The position numbers and the translations under genes were made by a program. Positions 53,236 through 63,864 of a stretch of DNA of 64,000 nucleotides are shown one piece after another. The stretch's first letter is position 1, and each line of letters opens with the position of its first letter. The DNA is taken from positions 96,001 through 160,000 of the forward strand of contig CAWCXJ010000001.1 in the NCBI GenBank assembly GCA_963799485.1, given 5' to 3'. The notes beneath the pieces are model-generated. The model had not been told where the DNA came from and did not search any database. It saw only the letters and a program-made list of their open reading frames with translations. This DNA is from an uncultured Trueperaceae bacterium (GTDB lineage: Bacteria > Deinococcota > Deinococci > Deinococcales > Trueperaceae).

Positions 53236-54477
53236 TTACGGCGTGCAGGGCTCGAGTTCACTCAACGAAAAGACCTCGTGCGCCGTAGACGGGCCGACGC
53301 CCTGAACAACACCGCCCGCGGCGATGTAAACGCCGCCGTTACACACCGCCGCCTGAATTCCGTGGCGCGCTGTAAGCATGGGCGCAAGCTCACGCCATGT
53401 GTTCGTTTCGGGGTTATATGCCTCTACCGTACCGTAAGTGTTACCGTCCCCTTCGCCCCCGATGACCAAGATTTCGTTACCCAGCGCCGCCGCAGCGAAG
53501 CCGCCGCGTTCGGTCGGCAGGCTCGTCTCGAGCGTCGTCCAAGTTTGTGTCTCGAAGTCGAAAGCATCTACAAACGGCATCGTCGCGTTGACGTTCGCCT
53601 CGCGCCCGCCGATAGCGTAAAACACCCCGCTTAGCACCGCCGCGTGAAAGTGATCTCGGCTGCGCGGCATCGCGGGCAGCTCGGCCCAACTGTCGGCGTC
53701 CGGGTCGTAAACGTAAAACGAGGGCTGCGCTGCGCCGCCGCTCAGACCACCCGCGTAATAGATTTTGCCGCCGTAAACCGCAACCCCGCCCGCGCCGCGG
53801 CCTTGCGGCATGGGCGCACCTTCACTAAAGCTATCGGTTGCCGGATCGTAGATATTAACTGTGTCAACCTCCGGCCCGGGCCACCCTGCCAAGCCGCCGA
53901 GATAGTAGATTTTACCGCCGACGGTGACGCCCTGAATGTGGTCGAGGTTTTGCGGCATGGGCGCTAGCGTCGTCCACATCTGCGCTACCGGGTCGTAAAC
54001 CTCGTGCAGCGCGCTGCCCCCTGCCAGATAAAACTTGCCGCCGAGCTGCACGTAAGAAACCTCTTGCCGCGCTTCGGAGGTCGGCGACAACGTCTCCCAG
54101 GTACCTGTTCCCAAAGGCGCTTCTGCAACTTTCACCGCGAGGTCATCTTCAGCACTGAGTACGCCGTCGGAAACGCTCAAGGTGAGCGTGTAGCTGCCTA
54201 TATCTGCAAAGGTCGCGGTGGTTTCTAAAGCAGTTGCGTCGGTAAACGTTGCGCCCTCACCCGACCACGACGCGCTAAGCGTATCGCCGTCCGGGTCGCT
54301 GGCAACGCCCCTTAGCAGAACTGTTTCGGTAGGTCGCGCCGTTTGGTCGGAGCCTGCTGAAACGGTGGGAGCCTGATTGACCGAGTCTATGTTGGTTTGA
54401 TTGGTATTACAAGCTGCGACAAGTAGCGTAAGCCCTACAGGAAAAACCGCAAAAGTCTGAAAGAGGGAACGAATCAT
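53236..54477 (-). CDS. Lipoprotein with a PKD-like domain and Kelch repeats
   Basis: Lipobox VAAC; NQAPTVSAGSDQ..DPDGD; six GG...YDP...W repeats. Confidence 0.9.
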   Translation of the reverse strand: MIRSLFQTFAVFPVGLTLLVAACNTNQTNIDSVNQAPTVSAGSDQTARPTETVLLRGVASDPDGDTLSASWSGEGATFTDATALETTATFADIGSYTLTLSVSDGVLSAEDDLAVKVAEAPLGTGTWETLSPTSEARQEVSYVQLGGKFYLAGGSALHEVYDPVAQMWTTLAPMPQNLDHIQGVTVGGKIYYLGGLAGWPGPEVDTVNIYDPATDSFSEGAPMPQGRGAGGVAVYGGKIYYAGGLSGGAAQPSFYVYDPDADSWAELPAMPRSRDHFHAAVLSGVFYAIGGREANVNATMPFVDAFDFETQTWTTLETSLPTERGGFAAAALGNEILVIGGEGDGNTYGTVEAYNPETNTWRELAPMLTARHGIQAAVCNGGVYIAAGGVVQGVGPSTAHEVFSLSELEPCTP

Positions 54478-54601
54478 CTAAACTCCTCTCGAGATGTCCT
54501 AAGTCTTCCTACCCTAGCCGATTTCTTTGCCCTGTTGAGGTGACGGGGCGAACACCGGGTATACTCACCGCAGGGTCGTCACAACCCTTTCAGGAGGTCT
54601 T

Positions 54602-56173
54602 ATGCGCGTCTACCGGTGGTTTTCCCTCGCTCTCGTTCTAGCTGCCCCATTCGCTTCAGCGCAGAGTGCGCGTCAGTCTACGCTTGTGATCGGGGCCGAC
54701 CTCAGTGACCTCATCACGATGGATCCGGGTGTGTCGTATGAATTCTCCGGTTCGCTCATCGTCGATAACCTCTACGAAACCCTCGTAAAGTTTGAGGGTA
54801 CCGACTTAACCGAAGTCAAACCGGGCTTGGCGGAGTCGTGGGAGGTCAAAGCCGAGGGCGGCGGTAATACCCTGACCTTTACGCTTGGAGACGCGACTTT
54901 TGCCTCGGGCAACCCGGTGACGGCGCAAGACGTGGTGTATTCGTTCGACCGGGTTATCGAGTTGCAGAGCCCCTCGTCGTTTCTCTTAACCGACGTAGCA
55001 GGGTTGGAGGTCGGTTCTACCGTCGCCGTAGACGACAAGACCGTTCAGCTCACCCTACCCGAAGGCGTCAACCCGACGATTGTGCTGAACCTGCTGACCT
55101 TTAATGTCGGCGGCGTGGTCGATTCGCAGGTTGTGCAGGAACAGGTACAAGACGGCGACTACGGTTCGGCGTGGTTGACCGACAATTCGGCGGGGTCGGG
55201 GCCGTATGTACTGGTGCGCTGGGACCGGGGCGCGCAGGTGGCTTTGGAAGCCAACCCCAACGCTTCGCAAACCGGTAGCATCAGCCGGGTCATCTTACGC
55301 AACATCCAGGAGTCGTCGGCGCAGCGGGCGGCACTAGAATCCGGTGAAATCGACGTGGCTTACGACCTCACCCCGGACGCCTTCAAAGCAGCCGAGTCCG
55401 ACGCGCGTTTTAACGCCCTGCGTACCGATACCTTTGTGCTCGAGTACCTCGGCATGAACTCCGGCGAAGGCTCGCCCTTTGCCGACAACCGGGTACGCCA
55501 GGCGGTGCGTTACGCACTCGACCAAGACGGCATGGTCGAAGGGCTTCTAGGCGGTCTCGGGCGCAAAATCCAGACCATCATCCCGATAGGTCTATTGGGC
55601 GCGAACGAAACGGTTTTTTACGAACAAGACCCGGAACGCGCCCGTGAACTCCTCGCCGAAGCGGGTGTTGGCGACGGGTTAAGCGTGGACTTTTTAGTCC
55701 CGACCGGTTCGTGTTTCGGCGGCGTCCCGTGCGCCGACCTCGCCGCCAAAGTTCAGAGCGACCTCGCCGCTGTGGGCATTCAGGCCAACATCACCCAGAC
55801 CGTTCAGGCCGAGCTGTTAGACATCTACCGCGCTCAAAACGCAGAGCTCGTGCTGATCAACTGGAGCCCCGACTACCCCGACCCCGACGGCAACGCGACG
55901 CCCCTGGCGGATTACAACGCCGAAAGCCTCGCGTGGCGCAATGTTTGGGAGAACTCCGACGCGAGCGCGTTAGCTAAAGAAGGTGCCACCACCACCGACC
56001 CCGACGCGCGCGCCGCCGTCTACGAAAAACTGACGACATTGGTCGCCGAACAGGGGCCTTACGCCATCCTCTACCAGTCCCTCAAACCTATCGTCACGCT
56101 CGCTTCGGTTGAAAACTTCGTCCGCAACGCACAGGGCAACGTGGACTTTACGGCGGTAAGTAAAACCGAATAA
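54602..56173 (+). CDS. Peptide/nickel ABC substrate-binding protein (family 5)
   Basis: TMDP, YETLV, PGLAESW, GSGPY, RVRQAVRYALD, WSPDYPDP. Confidence 0.93.
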   Translation: MRVYRWFSLALVLAAPFASAQSARQSTLVIGADLSDLITMDPGVSYEFSGSLIVDNLYETLVKFEGTDLTEVKPGLAESWEVKAEGGGNTLTFTLGDATFASGNPVTAQDVVYSFDRVIELQSPSSFLLTDVAGLEVGSTVAVDDKTVQLTLPEGVNPTIVLNLLTFNVGGVVDSQVVQEQVQDGDYGSAWLTDNSAGSGPYVLVRWDRGAQVALEANPNASQTGSISRVILRNIQESSAQRAALESGEIDVAYDLTPDAFKAAESDARFNALRTDTFVLEYLGMNSGEGSPFADNRVRQAVRYALDQDGMVEGLLGGLGRKIQTIIPIGLLGANETVFYEQDPERARELLAEAGVGDGLSVDFLVPTGSCFGGVPCADLAAKVQSDLAAVGIQANITQTVQAELLDIYRAQNAELVLINWSPDYPDPDGNATPLADYNAESLAWRNVWENSDASALAKEGATTTDPDARAAVYEKLTTLVAEQGPYAILYQSLKPIVTLASVENFVRNAQGNVDFTAVSKTE

Positions 56174-56268
56174 ACCTTTGAGGGGAGAGGTCAGCCGACC
56201 CCTCCCCTTGTTACGCCCATAAGCGCCCAACCTGTCAACTTCTACTTTACCAACACCCGGAGGCACGT

Positions 56269-57276
56269 TTGCTGGCCTATCTTTTACGGCGTTTGGGCTA
56301 CCTCGTATTCGTCATCTGGGGGGTGGGCTTTGCGGCGTTTTTTATCTCTCGTGTCGTCCCCGCCGACCCCGCCGCCGCTGCGCTGGGTCAAAACGCGCGC
56401 GAAGAGCAGATTCAGGCGTACCGTGAAAAGTTCGGCCTTAACGACCCGGTTGTGGTGCAGTACGTGAACTATATGGGCAATTTGTTTCAGGGGGACTTGG
56501 GTATTTCACTCCGCACCCGCCGCCCGATTGTCGCCGACCTCAAAGACTTTTTTCCGGCGACGCTCGAGCTCACCCTCGCCGCCATGCTCATCTCACTCTT
56601 GTTCGGCTTACCGGCGGGTTTAATCGCCGCGCTCTACCAAAACCGACCTGCCGACCTGATTGTCCGCACCTTTGCCCTGTTAGGCGGCGCGACGCCCGTG
56701 TACTGGCTGGCAATTGTGATGCTCGATGTGTTTCACGCCCGTCTCGGCTGGCTGCCGGGGCCGGGACGACTTAACGCCTACCTGTTCGCACCGCAGACCG
56801 TCACCGGCGTCCTGAGTATCGACGCACTCCTGGCCCGCGACTACGAGGTTTTTTGGGACGGCCTTAAACACCTCATCTTGCCCGCCGTTGTCCTCGGCGC
56901 ATTTTCGACGGCGCTGCTAGCACGGATGGTGCGGAGCGCGATGTTGGAAACCTTGTCGCAAGACTTTATCCGGACGGCTCGGGCCAAAGGTGTTCACGAG
57001 CGGTGGGTTGTGCTCAAACACGGTCTTAGAAACGCGGCCTTGCCCATCCTGACGGTTTCAGCGAATGTTCTGGGGAGTCTATTGACCGGCGCGGTACTAA
57101 CTGAAACCATCTTTTCGTGGCCGGGGATCGGCAGTTACGCGACCTCGAGCGCCACCTCGCTGGACTTTCCCGCCGTCATGGGCGTGACCCTCGTCGCCGG
57201 ACTGACCTATGCTTTGATTAACTTGCTAGTAGATTTGCTCTACGCCTGCTTCGACCCCCGGATTAGCTATGCCTGA
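56269..57276 (+). CDS. Peptide ABC permease (DppB-like)
   Basis: GDLGIS, PATLEL, FIRTARAKG, ETIFSWPG, DPRI. Confidence 0.93.
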   Translation: MLAYLLRRLGYLVFVIWGVGFAAFFISRVVPADPAAAALGQNAREEQIQAYREKFGLNDPVVVQYVNYMGNLFQGDLGISLRTRRPIVADLKDFFPATLELTLAAMLISLLFGLPAGLIAALYQNRPADLIVRTFALLGGATPVYWLAIVMLDVFHARLGWLPGPGRLNAYLFAPQTVTGVLSIDALLARDYEVFWDGLKHLILPAVVLGAFSTALLARMVRSAMLETLSQDFIRTARAKGVHERWVVLKHGLRNAALPILTVSANVLGSLLTGAVLTETIFSWPGIGSYATSSATSLDFPAVMGVTLVAGLTYALINLLVDLLYACFDPRISYA

Positions 57277-57285
57277 GGTAAGTCT

Positions 57286-58161
57286 GTGAGAGCCGAAAGG
57301 GTAAGAACGCGTCCTTTCTTGGGCGACACCTTACAAAGCCGCGCCGTCCGCCGCTTTTTGCGCGACCCCGGCGCGCTCGTCGGCCTCGTGGTCGTGCTGC
57401 TGCTTGTTGCTCTCGCTGCCCTCGCGCCGCTGTTAGCAGGCAACCCGCTCGCGCAAAATCTGTCTGAACGGCTGCAAGCGCCGAGCGGAAGCTATCTATT
57501 CGGCACCGACCAACTGGGCCGGGACGTGTTCGCCCGTACCCTGTGGGGTTCACGGATTTCGCTGGCGATTGGGTTTTTGGTCGTCGCCTTGTCGCTCGCC
57601 GTGGGGGCCGGGGTCGGACTTTTGGCGGGCGTTTTGGGCGGGTTTTGGGACAACCTCTTGATGCGCGTCACCGACATCTTTCTGGCGTTTCCCGCGCTGA
57701 TTCTGGCGATGGCGATCTCTGCGGCTTTGGGGCCGAGCTTAACAAACGTGATGATTGCCGTCGCCGCCGTGTCGTGGCCCAACTACGCGCGGCTCACAAG
57801 GGCGCAGGTGTTGAGTATCCGGGGGCTCGAGTTTATCGACGCCGCCCGCTCACTCGGCGCGTCGGGTGGGCGTATCGCGTGGCGGCATCTCTTGCCCAAC
57901 AGCCTGTCACCGCTCTTGGTGCAAGCGAGTTTCGACGTCGGCGGGGCAATTTTAACCGCTGCCGGACTCGGGTTTATCGGCTTTGGGGCGCAACCCCCGA
58001 CCCCGGAGTGGGGCGCGATGGTCTCCGAAACGCGCAACTTTATCGCCGAAGCGCCGTGGGCTTCAACTGCGCCGGCGTTAGCCATCTTGCTGACCGTGTT
58101 GGCCTTTAACCTCTTGGGCGACGGCCTCCGTGACGTGCTCGACCCGCGTGGCAAGCGTTGA
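57286..58161 (+). CDS. Peptide ABC permease (DppC-like)
   Basis: FGTDQLGRD, DAARSLGAS, HLLPN, PEWG, GDGLRD.LDPR. Confidence 0.93.
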   Translation: MRAERVRTRPFLGDTLQSRAVRRFLRDPGALVGLVVVLLLVALAALAPLLAGNPLAQNLSERLQAPSGSYLFGTDQLGRDVFARTLWGSRISLAIGFLVVALSLAVGAGVGLLAGVLGGFWDNLLMRVTDIFLAFPALILAMAISAALGPSLTNVMIAVAAVSWPNYARLTRAQVLSIRGLEFIDAARSLGASGGRIAWRHLLPNSLSPLLVQASFDVGGAILTAAGLGFIGFGAQPPTPEWGAMVSETRNFIAEAPWASTAPALAILLTVLAFNLLGDGLRDVLDPRGKR

Positions 58162-58174
58162 CCGGGGGCCTTTT

Positions 58175-58214
58175 TTACACAGCGCGAACTTACACAGCGC
58201 GAACTTACACAGCG
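58175..58214 (+). repeat. 15-bp tandem repeat TTACACAGCGCGAAC, about 2.7 copies
   Basis: Direct inspection; no spacers between units. Confidence 0.9.
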
Positions 58215-58408
58215 TAAACGCGTAGCTTGCAATCTTTACGCCTCAGCTTTACGCCCTCAAACATCCCTAAAGCGCTGCGCCTGAGCCAAGTTTGTTAAAC
58301 TGCCCTTGCGAAACGCCTTACCGCCCGAGCTATCGGCGGTCACAGCCCCCCGTTTCGCCTGTACAGCTGATCTGACGGGTAACTAGGTAGGCAATATGGC
58401 ACACGCAC

Positions 58409-59080
58409 ATGGTTGAGTTTTTAGCCCTCACCGGACGGGCGCTGGCCCTCGACGACGCGGTGCAGATGCTCGTGCAAGAGGCGTCTTGGCGCAACACCTT
58501 TGTAACATTTATAGTCATTCTGGCAGGCTTTTCCGAGGCACTTGGACAGTCGGTCGTGCTCTTTGCCAGCCGCGTTAAAAAGCGGCGCTTCGTTCTGTCG
58601 CTGCTCTTTTCTGCCTTCGTCTACACCTTTAGCTTCTTTTTTCTGACGCTCAGTATCTGGCTCGTGAGCGCCCAGGTGTTCGGACGCGCCGCGAGTTTCG
58701 ACGTGGTGATGCGGGCTGTCGGACTCGGTTACGCGCCGTACCTCTTTTCTTTTTTTGTTTTAGCGCCTTACTTCGGCAACCCCATCGGCCTCTTTCTGTC
58801 CGTCTGGAGCCTCGTCGCCGTCAACCGGGGGGTGCAGTTTGCGCTTGATCTCAACTTGTGGCAAGCGCTGCTCTGCACTTTTTTGGGCTGGTTGCTGCTG
58901 CAGGTTTTGCAGCGCACGGTGGGGCGGCCCTTTGTCGGCGGGTTGCGCTGGCTGCGGCGGCGGGTCGCGGGCGCGCCGCTGGTCACGAGCCGTAAAGAAC
59001 TCCGCGAACTCTTCGACCTGCCGCAAAATCCCAGACCGGAGTTTCAGACAAAGTTCCAAACGCGCAGGCGGGAGAAGTAG
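58409..59080 (+). CDS. Hypothetical multi-pass membrane protein (Yip1-like)
   Basis: About five hydrophobic helices; SEALGQSVVLF, GLGYAP; coupled to the next gene. Confidence 0.75.
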   Translation: MVEFLALTGRALALDDAVQMLVQEASWRNTFVTFIVILAGFSEALGQSVVLFASRVKKRRFVLSLLFSAFVYTFSFFFLTLSIWLVSAQVFGRAASFDVVMRAVGLGYAPYLFSFFVLAPYFGNPIGLFLSVWSLVAVNRGVQFALDLNLWQALLCTFLGWLLLQVLQRTVGRPFVGGLRWLRRRVAGAPLVTSRKELRELFDLPQNPRPEFQTKFQTRRREK

Positions 59081-60057
59081 TGCTCGAGCTACTCCTCTTC
59101 CTCGCTCTCCTCGTACTGGCCTTCTTGCTAGCAGGCGTCCTCTCACCGTTCGAGGCGCTCGGCTGGTGGGCGGGTTGGTATGGTGAGGACGAAACCCAAG
59201 AAGCCGAGGTCTCAACCTTCCCGGTTAAACCCGTTCAGGCCGAACGCTTCGTCGTCTTTTTGTCGGGTATCAACAGCGTCTCCGGCGAGTCGCTGGCCGA
59301 ACGTGAAATTACTTTTTTAGACCGCCTGAAACGCGAGTTGACCGATTCGGCGACGGTTTTGGTCGATGACATCTTTCCGTACTCGGTTATAGAGCGCCCG
59401 CTGACGGGTCGCCGGGTGTTCGCGTGGTTTTGGCGCTGGACGCTTCGCACGAAGATCAGCGGAGCCGGGGCGGCGCGGTTTTTAATCAACATTCGCAACC
59501 TCTGGCAGGTCGCGGTCTCCGCCGACAGCCGCTACGGGCCGATCTACAACCAGGGTTCGGCGGCGATGATCTTGCACGGTTTACGGCGAAACGGTTACAC
59601 CGTCGGCAGTGGCGTCCCGATTACGCTCATCGGGTACTCCGGCGGTGGTCAGGTGGCGCTCGGGGCCGCGCCGCACCTCAAGCGGGCGCTCCGGGTGCCG
59701 ATTTCAATTATCTCGCTCGGCGGCGTGATGAGCGCCGACCCCGGGGTGCTGACGCTCGAGCACCTCTATCACCTTTACGGCGCACGCGACAACGTGCAGC
59801 GGCTCGGCAGTATCTTTTTTCCGGGGCGCTGGCCCGCCATCCCGTCCCCGTGGAACACCGCCAAAAAGCACAACATCGTCGAACTCGTCTTTATGGGGCC
59901 GCCCGACCACACCGGGCCGGGCGGCTACCTGGACGAAGCGAGCAGCCTTCCCGACGGGCGCAGCTACCTAGACGCCACCGTCGAGACGATGACGCGGCTG
60001 ATTCAGCGTGACGTTGAACGTAAAGTGCGGGTTTATCCGGTCACTGAGCCGCCTTGA
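59080..60057 (+). CDS. Membrane-anchored alpha/beta-hydrolase-like hypothetical protein
   Basis: N-terminal TM, PFEALGWWAGW, nucleophile-elbow IGYSGGGQ, later D and H candidates. Confidence 0.75.
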   Translation: MLELLLFLALLVLAFLLAGVLSPFEALGWWAGWYGEDETQEAEVSTFPVKPVQAERFVVFLSGINSVSGESLAEREITFLDRLKRELTDSATVLVDDIFPYSVIERPLTGRRVFAWFWRWTLRTKISGAGAARFLINIRNLWQVAVSADSRYGPIYNQGSAAMILHGLRRNGYTVGSGVPITLIGYSGGGQVALGAAPHLKRALRVPISIISLGGVMSADPGVLTLEHLYHLYGARDNVQRLGSIFFPGRWPAIPSPWNTAKKHNIVELVFMGPPDHTGPGGYLDEASSLPDGRSYLDATVETMTRLIQRDVERKVRVYPVTEPP

Positions 60058-60070
60058 ACCAGTCGGTAGA

Positions 60071-60487
60071 TTATATCCAGCCGGATTCGCCGAACCACAC
60101 GCCGTTAATAAGATGATGCTCCAACGCCCGCCTCACAAACGGAACCATATTATGCGGCAGCGCAGCAAAAGCACACCGGCGCAGGTCGTCACATTCAGCT
60201 TCGGCAACAGGCTCCCCTTGCCAGCGCTCGGCCCGTAAAAAGAAGTCGATGCCGCCCCCTATAGGCGAGGTGTAGTGCGTTACGCCGATGACTGTCAGAG
60301 CGCTGGGCTCGAGCCCAACCCCAACTTCTTCCCAACATTCCCGCATTGCTGTTTGAACGATGGTTTCACCGGGTTCCAGGTGTCCCCCGACCGGGCCGTA
60401 ATTGCCGTCTTCAAAACCGGTAGCTTTACGGCGGGCAAGCAACACGGTGTTCTCACGAATCAGAAACACGTGAGCGACGACCGGCAA
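60071..60487 (-). CDS. Nudix hydrolase
   Basis: GGHLEPGETIVQTAMRECWEEVG. Confidence 0.88.
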   Translation of the reverse strand: MPVVAHVFLIRENTVLLARRKATGFEDGNYGPVGGHLEPGETIVQTAMRECWEEVGVGLEPSALTVIGVTHYTSPIGGGIDFFLRAERWQGEPVAEAECDDLRRCAFAALPHNMVPFVRRALEHHLINGVWFGESGWI

Positions 60488-60488
60488 C

Positions 60489-61994
60489 CTAACCGCGATA
60501 CTCGCCCCACTCGAGCCTCAACACCCCACAAACTTCGCCGAGCGTCGCCCCCGCACGAAACGCCGCCAGCACAGAAGGAAAAAGGTTTTCCGAGTCCCGT
60601 AAAACCGCCTTCAGACCCGCCAAAGCCTCGTCGGTCGCCCTTTGGTCACGGTTTTTACGGTAGCTCTGGACTTCACGAACCCGCGCCCCTTCGGTTTCTG
60701 CCGATAGCTCCTGCACCGGCACGCCCTCTTCTTTCTCCAGCCGAAACCGGTTGACCCCGACGACGATGCGCTCGTCTCGTTCAATCTCGCGCTGAAACCT
60801 GAACGCCGCCTCTTCGATCTCTTCCTGGATAAACCCGGCTTCAATCGCCTTGACCGAACCGCCCAAATCCTCCACTTGCTGCATCAGGGTGAGGGCGTCC
60901 TGCTCCAACTTGTCCGTCAAGGCTTCAATGACGTAGCTCCCGCCCAACGGGTCGGGTTCACTCGTCACACCCGACTCATACGCCAAAATCTGCTGCGTCC
61001 GGAGCGCTACCCGCGCCGAACGGTCGGTCGGCAGCCCCAGCGCCTCGTCCATCCCATTTGTATGCAAAGACTGCGTACCGCCCAGCACTGCTGCTAATGC
61101 CTGATACGCCGTCCGGACGATGTTGTTTTCCGGTTGCTGCGCGGTCAAGGTGCTGCCGCCCGTCTGCGTGTGAAAACGTAGCTGCTGCGCCCGGATGTTG
61201 CCGCCGAACTCGCCCTGCATAATGTGCGCCCACAGCCGCCGCGCCGCCCGGAACTTGGCGACCTCTTCTAAAATATTGTTGTGGCAGGCAAAAAAGAACG
61301 ACAAACGGGGGGCGAAAGCGTTGACCTCGAGCCCCGTCGCCAGCGCCGCCCGCACATACGCCCGCGCATTTGAAAGCGTAAACGCAAGCTCCTGCGCCGC
61401 CGTCGCGCCTGCCTCACGGATGTGATACCCCGAAATCGAAATCGTGTTCCAGTTCGGGACGTGTTCGGCGCAGTAGGCGAACATATCGGTAATCAGCCGC
61501 ACCGAAGGCTCCGGCGGATAGATATAGGTGCCTCTTGCGATGTACTCCTTCAAGATGTCGTTTTGCACGGTGCCGCCGAGTTGGTCGCTGCTCACGCCCT
61601 GTTCTTCGGCGACCAGGATGTAAAGCGACAAGAGCATCATCGCGGGCGCGTTGATAGTCATTGAAGTGGTAACTTCTCCGAGCGGAATGTCTTTGAAAAG
61701 CCGCCGCATATCGTCCAGCGTGGCAATCGATACGCCGACCCTGCCGACTTCGCCCTTGGCGAGGGGGTCGTCCGGGTCTAAGCCGAGCTGGGTGGGCAGG
61801 TCAAACGCGACCGATAAACCGGTGGTGCCCTGCCCCAAGAGATAACGGTAACGGGTGTTCGATTCCTCCGCGGTGCCGAAACCGGCGTACTGACGCATCG
61901 TCCATAAGCGGCCCGCTGAGTACATCTGCGGATAGATGCCGCGCGTGTAGGGGTACATACCGGGGCGCTCGAGCTTATCTTTTTCGGCTGTCAT
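60489..61994 (-). CDS. Methylmalonyl-CoA mutase, substrate-binding subunit (no B12-binding domain)
   Basis: [47 protein letters not shown]. Confidence 0.95.
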   Translation of the reverse strand: MTAEKDKLERPGMYPYTRGIYPQMYSAGRLWTMRQYAGFGTAEESNTRYRYLLGQGTTGLSVAFDLPTQLGLDPDDPLAKGEVGRVGVSIATLDDMRRLFKDIPLGEVTTSMTINAPAMMLLSLYILVAEEQGVSSDQLGGTVQNDILKEYIARGTYIYPPEPSVRLITDMFAYCAEHVPNWNTISISGYHIREAGATAAQELAFTLSNARAYVRAALATGLEVNAFAPRLSFFFACHNNILEEVAKFRAARRLWAHIMQGEFGGNIRAQQLRFHTQTGGSTLTAQQPENNIVRTAYQALAAVLGGTQSLHTNGMDEALGLPTDRSARVALRTQQILAYESGVTSEPDPLGGSYVIEALTDKLEQDALTLMQQVEDLGGSVKAIEAGFIQEEIEEAAFRFQREIERDERIVVGVNRFRLEKEEGVPVQELSAETEGARVREVQSYRKNRDQRATDEALAGLKAVLRDSENLFPSVLAAFRAGATLGEVCGVLRLEWGEYRG

Positions 61995-62044
61995 ACGCTA
62001 ATTATAGGTGCCGCAGACCCCTCGAGATAAAGTACAACGGCAAT

Positions 62045-62461
62045 TCAGGAACCGGCGACAAGGTAAACAGCGACACCTGCCAAAGCGATACCCAGAACTT
62101 TACGCAGCGTGACCGGCTCACCCGAAAAAAAGCCCAAAACCGAACTCAGCACGATAAAAAGCCCGAAGATAGGCACGACGACGCTCACCGCGCCGAGCGA
62201 CAGGGCGCGGTAGTAACTTGCAATCCCGACCGCCAGAAATGCACCCGCTAGATAAGCGTTCCAGGCAGCCGGATGTGTAAACCCGCGCAGGCTGAGCGAA
62301 CCCGTAAAAATAGCAATCAGCAGCGAACCGAGAACAAGCATTACCGACGTGATAAGAAGTACTAAAAACTCCGGCATTCCGCCGCCGATAGCGCGGCTCA
62401 CAAAAGGTGCGACGAATGAATACGCAAACATGGCGACGAGCACCCAGAGAACAGCTGACAT
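62045..62461 (-). CDS. Single-domain EamA/DMT transporter
   Basis: YYRALSLG.VSVVVPI, GEPVTLRKVLGI; GGAGG RBS. Confidence 0.85.
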   Translation of the reverse strand: MSAVLWVLVAMFAYSFVAPFVSRAIGGGMPEFLVLLITSVMLVLGSLLIAIFTGSLSLRGFTHPAAWNAYLAGAFLAVGIASYYRALSLGAVSVVVPIFGLFIVLSSVLGFFSGEPVTLRKVLGIALAGVAVYLVAGS

Positions 62462-62627
62462 ATCAGCCTCCTGTAGCTAAGCACAAGCCGAAGGTCCGGC
62501 TGTACGCCTAACTTTATCTTTTAGGGGGCGCGAGCGTAGCTTTCTGGCAATCACAGTTGACGACTTTATCAGGACTCGCGCATGTTCTTTCGTTGACTGT
62601 TAAAACCAATATGGTAGCCTGCCGCTC

Positions 62628-63824
62628 ATGTCGCCGCGTACTTTTTTAGCCCTCCTCGCCTTTTTGGCCTTTATCAGCCTGGGCCTGCCCGACGGCCTGT
62701 TGGGGGTCGCGTGGCCTTCGGTTCGGGGTAGCTTCGGCTTGCCACTCGACGCGCTCGGGCTCTTGTTAGCGTTTAGTACAGCAGGCTATTTGACCTCGAG
62801 CTTTCTCAGTGGGCGTATTTTACGGGTGTTGCCTATCGGCAGTGTTCTGGCACTTTCAACAGCGGCGGCGGCAACGGCTCTTTTGGGCTACGCGCTGACC
62901 CCCTTCTGGCCGCTGATGCTCGTTCTCGGCTTTTTAGGCGGGCTCGGCGGCGGCGCGGTCGATGCGGGGCTCAACGCTTACGGCGCGACACATTTTAACG
63001 CCCGCATCCTCAACTGGTTGCACGCCTTCTTCGGCCTCGGCACCACGGCGGGGCCGCTTATCGTCACAGCGGTCTTAAACGCCGGATTCGTCTGGCGCTG
63101 GAGCTACGCACTGGTCGGCAGCGCGCAGGCGCTTTTGGCTCTCACCTTTTTTCTGACGCGGGGGCGCTGGTCGCAGGTGACCGAGACCACCTCGGAAGAT
63201 GCACCGCCTGTAGCGGCGCGTACCCGCGACACGTTGGGCCGCCCGCTCGTCTGGCTCGGGATGCTGGTCTTTTTCGTCTATACCGGCGTCGAACTCGTGG
63301 CCGGGCAGTGGAGTTATTCGCTGCTCACTTTGGAGCGTGGCGTCGCAGCGGGTGCAGCGGGGGTCTGGGTGAGCCTTTACTGGGGTGGGCTGATGCTCGG
63401 GCGGGTGTTGTTCGGCATTATCGCCGACCGGGTACCGCTGACGCAGACGTTGCGCGTTTGTATGCTGGCGACCGCAGTCGGGGCAACGCTGTTTTGGCTC
63501 GAGCCCACCCGCTTTTTGTCCCTCGCAGGTCTCGTGATGATTGGGTTCTTTTTAGCACCTATCTTCGCCTCGCTCATCAGCCTGACTCCGAGCCGGGTCG
63601 GGCGCACCCACGCGGACAGCGCTATCGGTTTTCAGATTGCAGCGGCGGGACTCGGCGGGGCCACCCTGACGGGGCTTGTCGGGGTTGTCGCGCGTGCGCT
63701 CGGGCTCTGGGTTGTCGGCGCGTCGCTGCTCTTTTTTACGCTGCTGCTTTTGGGGCTTTACGAGGTGCTGCTGAGGGTCAAACCGAACGCTGTCCCGACA
63801 CCGACACCAACTCAGTCTTCGTAA
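62628..63824 (+). CDS. MFS transporter
   Basis: AFISLGLPDGLLGVAWP, GAVDAGLN, NWLHAFFGLG; about 12 TM segments. Confidence 0.92.
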   Translation: MSPRTFLALLAFLAFISLGLPDGLLGVAWPSVRGSFGLPLDALGLLLAFSTAGYLTSSFLSGRILRVLPIGSVLALSTAAAATALLGYALTPFWPLMLVLGFLGGLGGGAVDAGLNAYGATHFNARILNWLHAFFGLGTTAGPLIVTAVLNAGFVWRWSYALVGSAQALLALTFFLTRGRWSQVTETTSEDAPPVAARTRDTLGRPLVWLGMLVFFVYTGVELVAGQWSYSLLTLERGVAAGAAGVWVSLYWGGLMLGRVLFGIIADRVPLTQTLRVCMLATAVGATLFWLEPTRFLSLAGLVMIGFFLAPIFASLISLTPSRVGRTHADSAIGFQIAAAGLGGATLTGLVGVVARALGLWVVGASLLFFTLLLLGLYEVLLRVKPNAVPTPTPTQSS

Positions 63825-63864
63825 ACGGCCTTGTTTAGCTCCCCGGGACGCTTACACTGAGTTT

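Noticed and set aside
54602..58161. Missing ATPase genes in the peptide and sugar ABC clusters
   Set aside because: Shared ATPases encoded elsewhere are common
58175..58259. Possible CRISPR array
   Set aside because: Units of 13-15 bp are directly adjacent with no spacers, and no cas genes are present
60489..61994. Isobutyryl-CoA mutase or truncated mutase
   Set aside because: Tyr in RQYAG and Arg in YIARG fit methylmalonyl-CoA specificity, and split subunits are normal
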